Origin: a virus
Reading direction: 5' to 3' (one strand)
IMG/VR virus record: IMGVR_UViG_3300045988_070645
Span: 1 to 40,619 of that record
Length of the DNA: 40,619 nucleotides
Below are positions 24,685 to 33,500 of the stretch, in pieces. Under the pieces are notes generated by a model. The model had not been told where the DNA came from. It ran no database searches and saw only the letters and a list, made by a program, of their open reading frames with translations. Position 1 is the first letter of the stretch; each line of letters opens with the position of its first letter. Both the position numbers and the translations under genes were made by a program.

Positions 24685-25100
24685 CAACAGTCCTGCCGCC
24701 AGACATTGAATTGTGGATCTGCTCTTTTCTACGTGCCAGGCTTAAGCCGTCTTTTCCGACGCTCATCGTCTCGAATCGTGAGCCGGACGATTACGACGGC
24801 TCACGGCCACTCGTCGTGGTGCGTGACGATGGCGGCTCGCAGTCGAATCGCGTGCTCTTCGACCGGAGCGTTGGCGTGACCGTGCGCTACGGTTCTCGTG
24901 CCGCTCCGAAACCCTGCCGTGACTTGGCGGCACGGATCTACGGCATGCTCACCGACCCTGATATTTGCTCGCTTGACAGTTCACCGATTGCGGGCATTGA
25001 TGAGGACGGGTGCAATGGCCCGTATTTCGTGGCCGAGGACGCGAACATCGCCAGATGCTATCTGACTCTCGAATTCTCCGCCATCGGGGAATTCCAATAA
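24681..25100 (+). CDS. Tail terminator-like protein
   Basis: Called from its position before the major tail gene. ATGA overlap. Confidence 0.5.
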   Translation: MTTVLPPDIELWICSFLRARLKPSFPTLIVSNREPDDYDGSRPLVVVRDDGGSQSNRVLFDRSVGVTVRYGSRAAPKPCRDLAARIYGMLTDPDICSLDSSPIAGIDEDGCNGPYFVAEDANIARCYLTLEFSAIGEFQ

Positions 25101-25121
25101 TTTAAGTTTTTCTGAATTTTC

Positions 25122-25156
25122 AAGGCGTTGAAACGTTGTGTTTCAGCGCCTTTTTG
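25122..25156 (+). terminator. Strong hairpin plus T-tract upstream of the major tail gene
   Basis: GGCGTTGAAAC(25124-34) pairs with GTTTCAGCGCC(25140-50), followed by TTTTT. Confidence 0.6.
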
Positions 25157-25172
25157 TTTGAAAGGACAAAAT

Positions 25173-25826
25173 ATGGCAGCTGATTCAGCAGGCAATGACC
25201 TGAGCGCCGCGAAAATCGTGGTGACAAGCGCCTTCCGCTTCGCACCCTATGACGCGACTCAGAAGCTGACCGCTGATCTCATCGCGCCGACCGTGGCCGA
25301 TGTGAAGACCGGCTTGGACAAGATTTTCACCAAGGGTGGTTTCGTCGGCCTTATCACCGAGGATGGTGCCCCGCAGGACAGCCGTGACGCCGATGATGCG
25401 ATCAAATTCCACCAGCCTGGATATTCGATTAATGGCAAGGCGTCGCTGACCGCGCAGTTCACGGTGGCCGAGGATAACGACATCACGCGCCAGATGACCA
25501 TCGGCAAGCCGGACTCCAGTGGCGTGTATCACGTGACCGATGTGATTCAGGATGGCAAGTGGTTCTGTTATCAGGAGACGGTGTTCAAGAATGGCACGCA
25601 TCGCCGTCGTCTTGGTGTCGTGAATCTGACCGGCAACGAGCAGGGGCAGGAGACCTCCGGCAAGAACACCGGTGACGCTTGGACCATCGAATGGATTCAG
25701 GACGACGCCTGCGATTCCGGCAACAGCAAGTATTTGGAGTCCTTCGTGACTCCGACTGTTTCGTCCGGGTCTCACGCCACCGATCATCAGGCTGATGATT
25801 CCGAGTCTCAGACGGTGGCTGACTGA
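25173..25826 (+). CDS. Major tail protein
   Basis: AAAGGA RBS before the ATG at 25173. Position before the G/GT chaperones. Confidence 0.7.
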   Translation: MAADSAGNDLSAAKIVVTSAFRFAPYDATQKLTADLIAPTVADVKTGLDKIFTKGGFVGLITEDGAPQDSRDADDAIKFHQPGYSINGKASLTAQFTVAEDNDITRQMTIGKPDSSGVYHVTDVIQDGKWFCYQETVFKNGTHRRRLGVVNLTGNEQGQETSGKNTGDAWTIEWIQDDACDSGNSKYLESFVTPTVSSGSHATDHQADDSESQTVAD

Positions 25827-25940
25827 TTCAACTCTTCCCAGCATGTGTTTCTTTCTTCCTTTCTTCGCATGTGCTGGGATTCTTCCTCTTCATCCAGCGG
25901 AGTAAAGGAATTTTTCATAGTCGTTTGAAAGAAGGAAGAA

Positions 25941-26363
25941 ATGACCAAGAACACCGTGATGCCGTGCGCCGCCGATTTCGAATCCTGGACTCAGGAGGAC
26001 GAGGAGAAGGCGCTTGAAGCGTCCGCCGAGCAGATGAAGGTGAAGCACCTAATCAAGGGCGATGGCGTATGGTTCATGGCTCCCAAGGGCCATATTTACA
26101 AGCTGCCGCTGAACTTGAGCATTGATGATTTCGTGCGTCTGAGCGACCTGCAGTCGAACACTGAGCAGATTCAGGCGTTGAAGGACATTCTCGCGGCTTT
26201 CGCTGGCGAGGATGCGGCCAAGGAGTTGGCGAAGGAGCCGGCAATGGTCCCATTCAACATCCTCAACGATTACGGCGAGCTGCTTGCGAAGATTCAGGGC
26301 GTCGAATTGGGAAAATCGTCGGCTTCTGCCAACTCCTCCAAGGAGACGGTGGAGACCGAATAA
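25941..26363 (+). CDS. Tail assembly chaperone (gpG-like)
   Basis: Position before the tape measure gene. Acidic protein. Confidence 0.75.
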   Translation: MTKNTVMPCAADFESWTQEDEEKALEASAEQMKVKHLIKGDGVWFMAPKGHIYKLPLNLSIDDFVRLSDLQSNTEQIQALKDILAAFAGEDAAKELAKEPAMVPFNILNDYGELLAKIQGVELGKSSASANSSKETVETE

Positions 26364-26677
26364 GGGCCGATTTCGCTGCTCGCGGGTGGAGTCTGCAGGC
26401 CGACTTGGGCGGCAGGCTCCGCTACCGCGACGCGATCGCATTGTGGGAAAACCTCTCGGCAGATCCGAACAGTTACACCGGCATGACTGCGGCGCATATG
26501 GTGCTGCCGATGGATGCGACGGCAATCATCACCGCGATTCAGGCTGGCGGCACGTCGATTCTTGGCGACCTCGCGCCCGAAAAGGCGGGAAAGAAGCACG
26601 TCGAAGTGTCTGACGAGGAACGTCGTGAGGCGTTGGAGTCGATGAGCAGCATCTTCGGCTTCAAAAAAAGTGAATAG
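25941..26677 (+). CDS. Tail assembly chaperone G-T fusion, made by a -1 frameshift at GGGAAAA (26309..26315)
   Basis: G GGA AAA lies in the zero frame. The -1 frame is open from the slip site to 26677. Confidence 0.7.
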
Positions 26678-26688
26678 AGGAGGCTGTC

Positions 26689-29658
26689 ATGGCTGGCGGT
26701 AGCGAGCTTGGATCCGCGCATGTGAGCATTTTCCCGCAGATGAATGGCTTCCGCCAGAATGTGGCCAAGGAGACCGGCAAGGCCGTCTCCGACATGAAAA
26801 ACTCCTTCACGAAGGGCTTCAATGGCGCGCAGCAGGGCAAGCAGATCGGCAGCGCCTTCAAAAGCGGTTTCAACAGTGGTGCGGCCGAGCTGAATTCCGA
26901 AGCCCTGAAGTCCTTTAAAAAGGACGTGGCGCAAGCCTCGCAAAAGAATACGGACGCCTTGCTGAAATTCAAGGCGGCTGGAGTGCAGGTGCAGGCAGCT
27001 CAGGAAAAGCTGAACGCAGCCACACAGAAATATGGCGCGGACAGCACGCAGGCTCAGGCTGCGGCCATCAAACTCGAACAAGCTCAAATCAAACAGAAGA
27101 CGGCGGCTGACAATCTCAAGGCGGCGTCCGACAATCTCAAGGCGGCGCAGGGACGGCTCAAGGACCTCGAAACGCAATTGGCGGACGAATCCGACAAGTC
27201 CAAGAATGCGTTCAGCCGTCTGGCGTCCGGCTTCACCTCAACGGCACAGCAGATCGTCGGCAAGATTCCAGGCGTGAACGCGGCGGTGCAGAAGATCAGT
27301 TCGACGGCTGGCGATGTCACGTCCAACATCAAAAGCAAGTTTTCGGCTGCTTGGAATGCTTTGCCGGAGGGTGCGCGTAATGCGGCCGCGAAGGCCGGTA
27401 ATGCGTTGCATTCGGGTTTGAGCAAGGCTTCCGGGTTCGCTTCGAAGGCGGTGTCCGGCATCGGCAAGGCGGCTAAGGGTATGGCCACCGTCGTGTCCGG
27501 CGCCGCTGCCGCCGCTGGCGGATATCTGGTGAATTTCGGCAAGCAGGCCGTGGATGCGGCCCTCAAGGCCGGTGAGGTGACCGCGAAATTCCAGCAGGTC
27601 GCCAAAAACAACAATTGGACCGAGGAAGAGCAGAAGTCCCTGCTCAGCCTGAATAAGACGCTTGGCCAGACTGGCGTCGTGTCCGGTGGTACGCTGAAGG
27701 CCGCTCAGGCACAGCTGGGTACCTTCGCATTGACTGCCGATCAGGTCAAGACTTTGACGCCAGCTTTGGCCGACATGATCGCCAATAACAAAGGCTACAA
27801 TGCCACCGCTCAGGATGGCGTGCAGATCGCGAATCTGCTTGGCAAGGTCATGACCGGCAGCGCTACCGCACTGAGCAAATATGGCGTGACCATGACCGAC
27901 GCTCAAAAGAAGGTCTTGCAGGAGGGTAGCGCGTCCGAGAAGGCCGCCATGGCCGCGCAGGTGCTGGAAGCGAATTTCGGTGGCATCAACAAAGCTCTCG
28001 CGGAGACTCCGCAAGGCAAGATGACCATTCTCCAGCATGAGATCGCTGGCTTGAAGACTTCGGTCGGCAATGATCTCATCGCGGCGTTCGGCGGGGTCGG
28101 TGGCGCGGTCATCAAGATGGTGCAGGCCGTCGAACCGCTCATCACCGCGTTTTTCGACAAGGTGGCGTCGCTGGCGGAGAAGATTGGCCCGCCGCTTGAG
28201 AAGGTGTTCGGTGCTGTCGCTGACAAGATCAGCAAAATCAATTTCAGCGGTTTCACGGGCCAATTGTCCGGCTTGTCTGGCCCTATCGCCGCCGTGACCG
28301 GTCTGCTTGGTGCGGCTGGTCTTGGTGGCGCGCTGAGCGGCTTGAGTGGCGTTCCGGTGATTGGCGGGCTGTTGTCTAAGTTCGGCGGTGTGCTTTCCGG
28401 TCTTGGCGGGCCTATCACGCTGGTGATCGGCGCTCTGGCTGGACTGATAGCCACGAGCCCGCAATTGCGCAGCGAATTCGGCACCATGCTGCAAAACGTC
28501 TTCACGAGCTTGCAGCAGGCATTCCAAATGTTGCAGCCATCGATTCAGGCGCTCATGAGCGCTTTGAACCAATTGGCTGCCGCCGTCATGCCGGTAATCA
28601 CGAATGTGATTGGCCAGATAATTCCGCTGCTGACGCCGATCATTTCAACGCTTGTGGGTGCTTTGGTACCGGCCATTCAGGGCATTCTGACTGTGGTGAC
28701 AGCTGTGGTACAGGCATTGATCCCAGTGGTGCAGGGCGTCGAGCCGATTGTGTCTGCTGTCCTGTCAGACATTGGTAACGGCATTCAGCTGCTTATGCCC
28801 ATCATCTCGCAGATCAGTGGTCTTGTGACTGATGTGGTGACGGCGCTTACTCCGATTATCCAGGGGCTTGAGCCTCTGGTGACGGAGGTGGTGCAGGCGA
28901 TTGTGAGCGTCGTGCAGGCGCTCATGCCGGTAGTGCAGGCCCTTCAACCTCTTGTCGCTGGCGTGATTTCCGCGATCATCGGCTTCATCAGCTCGACGCT
29001 GCTGCCGACAATCCAAGCGATGCTGCCATTCATCCAGGGCATTATTAATGGCATCACGATGGTGGTTAAGGGCATCGTCAATGTCATTCAAGGCGTCATC
29101 AATCTGGTGACCGGTCTGATCCATGGCAATTGGAGTCAGGCGTGGAACGGTTTTAGCCAGATCGTGCATGGTGTCGTGCAGGGCGTGCTCGGCTTCTTGG
29201 GCGGCATCGGTAGCGCCATTATCGGCATCTTCGCTGGTGCTGGCACGTGGCTGTGGAATGCCGGCGCGAGCATCATCAATGGTCTGCTCAATGGTCTGAG
29301 GGCGGCTTTCGGCAAAGTTAAGAGCTTTGTGAGTGGCATCGGCGATTGGATCGTCAAACATAAGGGTCCGCTCAGCTACGACAGGGTGATGCTTAAGCCT
29401 GCTGGTCAGGCGATCATGCAGGGCTTTGACAAGAGCCTTAAGGCTGGCTGGAAGGACGTGCAGCGCACTGTCAATGGCATGAATGCCGAGATTCACGGCG
29501 GCTTCGATGGTGACATGTCGAAGACCGGACGCGCGAATCTCAGCAATGGCGGCGGTAGCACCACATACGTCCAGCAGACATTCAACTATCCCGCGATCGC
29601 TCCGACGAGCATTAGCACGCAGCAGAAGCTGCAGACGGCGGCGATGCCGCAATGGTGA
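26689..29658 (+). CDS. Tape measure protein
   Basis: 989 aa, with coiled-coil and Gly/Ala-rich transmembrane-like repeats, in the expected position. Confidence 0.9.
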   Translation: MAGGSELGSAHVSIFPQMNGFRQNVAKETGKAVSDMKNSFTKGFNGAQQGKQIGSAFKSGFNSGAAELNSEALKSFKKDVAQASQKNTDALLKFKAAGVQVQAAQEKLNAATQKYGADSTQAQAAAIKLEQAQIKQKTAADNLKAASDNLKAAQGRLKDLETQLADESDKSKNAFSRLASGFTSTAQQIVGKIPGVNAAVQKISSTAGDVTSNIKSKFSAAWNALPEGARNAAAKAGNALHSGLSKASGFASKAVSGIGKAAKGMATVVSGAAAAAGGYLVNFGKQAVDAALKAGEVTAKFQQVAKNNNWTEEEQKSLLSLNKTLGQTGVVSGGTLKAAQAQLGTFALTADQVKTLTPALADMIANNKGYNATAQDGVQIANLLGKVMTGSATALSKYGVTMTDAQKKVLQEGSASEKAAMAAQVLEANFGGINKALAETPQGKMTILQHEIAGLKTSVGNDLIAAFGGVGGAVIKMVQAVEPLITAFFDKVASLAEKIGPPLEKVFGAVADKISKINFSGFTGQLSGLSGPIAAVTGLLGAAGLGGALSGLSGVPVIGGLLSKFGGVLSGLGGPITLVIGALAGLIATSPQLRSEFGTMLQNVFTSLQQAFQMLQPSIQALMSALNQLAAAVMPVITNVIGQIIPLLTPIISTLVGALVPAIQGILTVVTAVVQALIPVVQGVEPIVSAVLSDIGNGIQLLMPIISQISGLVTDVVTALTPIIQGLEPLVTEVVQAIVSVVQALMPVVQALQPLVAGVISAIIGFISSTLLPTIQAMLPFIQGIINGITMVVKGIVNVIQGVINLVTGLIHGNWSQAWNGFSQIVHGVVQGVLGFLGGIGSAIIGIFAGAGTWLWNAGASIINGLLNGLRAAFGKVKSFVSGIGDWIVKHKGPLSYDRVMLKPAGQAIMQGFDKSLKAGWKDVQRTVNGMNAEIHGGFDGDMSKTGRANLSNGGGSTTYVQQTFNYPAIAPTSISTQQKLQTAAMPQW

Positions 29659-29680
29659 CAAGTGAAAAGGGTGGTAGCCG

Positions 29681-30586
29681 ATGATTCTCACGGATTATCT
29701 CATCAACGGTCAGGCTTTGACTGGTGAGCATGCGAGCCTGATTGTCGGCACCACCCATTTCACGAGCATTTCACCACGCATTAATTCCGTCACGGTGAAT
29801 GGTCGGAGTGGTGTGATGCTTCCTGCTGGCCCACTGGCTTTCGACGCGCCGGAAATCACGCTGAAATTCATTACGGACGGGCCTGATGCGGATACTCTGA
29901 TGCACCGCTTCTACCGCTTGTGCCGTTTGGCTTCCAAGCTGACTCGCGTGGAGCGTGACACGGTATCCGGCTGGACTCGACGCATGACCGCCAGCGCGGT
30001 ATGCACGTCATGTCAGCCGGACGGTGACGAGATTCCGTGGGATGACCACCGCGCGGCCACCGCCGTCTTCCAATTGCCGGACGTTTATTGGCAGGGGGAG
30101 CAGTGGCAGGAGCGCACCTTGGACGCGACTGGCGGGCGCCTCATGGCCGGTAGTGTCGCCAAGCCCAGCGACAAGGGGTATTGGACGCGCTGGGCTGGAT
30201 TGCCGAACGCCTCGCCCTCGCAGCTGTTCGACACCATCCCCGAGGGATGGCTTTCCAATGCGCCAATCGGCACGCTGATATTGTGTTTCGGCGGCGTGAC
30301 CGGTGTGACCATTTCAGATCCGGTGAGTGGCACGAATCTGCTGTGGGGTGGCAAACGCGACGCCTCACGACCTTATCTTTTCGTCGATGCCGCCAATCGC
30401 AAGGCGTGGACGGCGGCCAATGCCGACGCATGGTCCGGTGGTACGGATGCGTCGAATGGCGTCGACTGGACCACGGAGCCACTGCAAGTGTGGCCTGACA
30501 TTTCGTCCGGCGATTATCGCCTCGCAATCAAACAGACCGGCAGCACTGACAAGGTGACCTGCCGGTTTTTGCAATCTTGGGAGTGA
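29681..30586 (+). CDS. Distal tail protein (Dit-like)
   Basis: Position directly after the tape measure gene. Confidence 0.6.
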   Translation: MILTDYLINGQALTGEHASLIVGTTHFTSISPRINSVTVNGRSGVMLPAGPLAFDAPEITLKFITDGPDADTLMHRFYRLCRLASKLTRVERDTVSGWTRRMTASAVCTSCQPDGDEIPWDDHRAATAVFQLPDVYWQGEQWQERTLDATGGRLMAGSVAKPSDKGYWTRWAGLPNASPSQLFDTIPEGWLSNAPIGTLILCFGGVTGVTISDPVSGTNLLWGGKRDASRPYLFVDAANRKAWTAANADAWSGGTDASNGVDWTTEPLQVWPDISSGDYRLAIKQTGSTDKVTCRFLQSWE

Positions 30587-30589
30587 TTC

Positions 30590-33500
30590 ATGGCAAAGAC
30601 TTTGCACGCTCGACTCGTGGCCTATCGGCCTTTCGGTGACCGACTTGGTGTGCTGGCGGAGCCGGTGAGCTTCAGCGCGTCCATGCTCCACAATGATGAC
30701 GGCGCAATCAGCATCGAATACTCTCTGCTGTCCGGTGACGCGCAGGCTTTCGACCGTGAGCTGACCGATGGTCTCGAAGTGGCCGTGGAAGTGTCGGACG
30801 GTAGTGGCTTCAGGGAGCCGGATAATGCGCGATTCGTCATCACGGGCCGCTCCGGTAAGACGGATGACCGCACCAAGACCATCACCTACAGCGGCCAGTC
30901 GATTGGCTGGCTGCTGTCCAAGGCCGAAAACAACGATTCGTCGCATCTCATCACTGACGGGGACAACAAGGGTAAGCGGCCCTTCTATAGCTCCAATCCG
31001 GGCACGATTCTCAAGACGCTGCTGGACGAAAACCGTCAGCGTGGTGGCGTGGCCACCGGCCTGACCTTGGGCTTCGACACCGCCAAGGACGCGGCTGGCA
31101 GTAATTGGGCAAAAAAGTACACTCTGTACTATTCGCTCGGCACTGATTTGCAGACCATCCTGGACGCCCTGGTCAATGGTGGCGGCTGCGACTGGCGCAC
31201 CAGTGGCCGCGCCTTGAAGCTGTGGAATGCGGATAGCACCGCATTGAGCCGTGACTTGAGCAAGAGTATTGTGCTGCAGCTTGCGCGTGACATCAGCGAG
31301 GCACCCTTCGAGGAGTCCATCGCTGACCTCGCGTCCACCATCCTTGTCGAGGGTGACAATAATCTGCTCTTCCGCATGGATAATCCGGCCGCGCCGACGC
31401 CTTGGGGCAAGTGGGAGTCCTACAGCTCGCAGGGCGGCGTGTCCGACAAGGACACCGCGCAAGCATTCATGGCATCGACGCTGGCCGACGCCGCTAGAGT
31501 GCGTGGCCAGTACACGCGCGACCTGGTGACTTCCGGTGTGGACAGTCTGCCGCTCATTGACTATCACGCCGGTGACTGGATTACCGCACCAACCGTGGCT
31601 CACGGCGAGAAGGTCCGCGTGCAGGAAATCGACCTGAGCATGCGCCAGAATGAGGGACTGACTGCCTCAATCGCCCTGAATGATATTAAGTATGACGCTT
31701 CGGTACGTCAGGCGAAGAAAATCAAGGGCATCACCGGTGGCGCGGCATTGGCTGGCAGTGAGAGCGGCACCACCGTCTCCACTGACCATGATCATCGCGT
31801 GCCGGAGGCGCCGCAGGGTCTGGTCGTGCAGACCGACGCCTACATTGGCTCGGACGGTTTCGCACATGGTCTGGCCACCGCCATGTGGTCCGCCGTGACC
31901 GAAGCGACCGACAACACTGCTATCGAAATCTCGAATTATGCCGTCGAATGGAAACAGCATAAGGATGGCGCTCCGTGGCATTCGGCAGGCACGACGGACA
32001 AGACGCAGCTCGGATTCGGCAACCTGGACTGCGGCACTCAGATCGAGGTCAGGGTACGCGCCGTGCCGACATATTCCGACAAGCTGGGTGATTGGTCGGC
32101 TGTCGTGGTGGCCACCGTCGAATCCGACACCACGCCATGCTCAGTGCCCTCCAAGCCGACAGTCTTATCCAAGCTAGGCGTGGTCACCGTCCATTGGGAC
32201 GGCAAGACCGCTGCCGGCGCGCGGATGGAGCCTGACTTCGACCATATCGAGGTGGGCGAGGGCATCAATGCGGCTGGAATGCAGGTCATCAGCGCTACCC
32301 AATCTGGTCAGGGCGCTTACGTCATCACCGGTTTGACGGGCGGCTCACAGCATAGCTATGCCTTGCGCTCCGTCGATCATGCGGGCAATCGCTCCGACTG
32401 GTCGGCCATCGCCACGGTCACGGTGGCTTCCGCCGTCTCGCCGGATGAGGTCAAACAGATCCAAAAAGACCTGGCTGACAATCAGACGGCGTTGAAGGAT
32501 AATACGGCGAAGCTGACGCAGGCGCAGAAGGACATCCAAGCCAACAAGACAGGCCTTGATTCGGCGTCCAAGTCGCTCGCGCAGGCGCAGACCGATCTGT
32601 CTCAGGCCCGGAAGGACATCGCGCAGACCAAGAGCGACCTGACCACGGCGAACGGCGAGATCAGCAAGGCGAAGGAATCCGCGGCTCAGGCGTATGCCGA
32701 AGCGCACAGCAAGAACCATACGTTTCGTGGGCCGGACGAGCCGAAGGACAATCTGATTGTCGGTGACTTGTGGCTCAAGACCCAAAAGTATTGGACGAGG
32801 TGGAAAGGCGAGAAGAACAACAGCCCTAGCCTTCTGGCCGACTTCTACACCTACTGGCAGGGAACACCCAACAACAGCCCCTCCGTGCTCGTGCCGCTCT
32901 CCGATCGCGTGATCGACACGCTGGTGTGGGATGGCTCCTCGTGGAACCATCTCGGCTATGCCGATGTGGAGCGCAATGCCGACGAAATCGCTCAGGCGAA
33001 GTCCGACATCGCGGATAACGCCGCGAAGACCACCGACGCCAAGAAGACCGCCGAGAATGCCGCTGCCGCAGCGAAAAACGCGCAGGGCACGGCTGACACG
33101 GCCAATGGTGCGGCCAGGACCGCGCAGGATACCGCCAATGCGGCCAACGCTGCCGCGAAGAGTGCGACCACCACCGCCGGTCAGGCCAAGGACGCGGCCA
33201 ATGCCGCCCAGACCGCCGCCGAGAGCGCGAAGAAGACCGCTGGCAATGCGGAGACACTGGCTAACACTGCCAATGAGTCCGCCAAGTCCGCCAAGTCCGA
33301 CGCTTCCACCGCCAAGACGGATGCGGCCAATGCGAAGACCGCCGCTGCCAATGCGTCGAGCGTGGCGACTCAGGCCAAGGCCACCGCCGATAGTGCGGCC
33401 CAGTCCGCCACCGATGCGGCCAATGCCGCGCAGAAGGCCAATACCGCTGCTGCCGCCGCCGCTGGCGTGGCTAACGGCAAGGCCGACGTGCTTATCCAGA

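Noticed and set aside
27238-31603. Long minus-strand ORFs (444, 308 and 412 aa) in the tape-measure, Dit and fibre region.
   Set aside because: They are antisense to well-supported structural genes and have no RBS or motifs.
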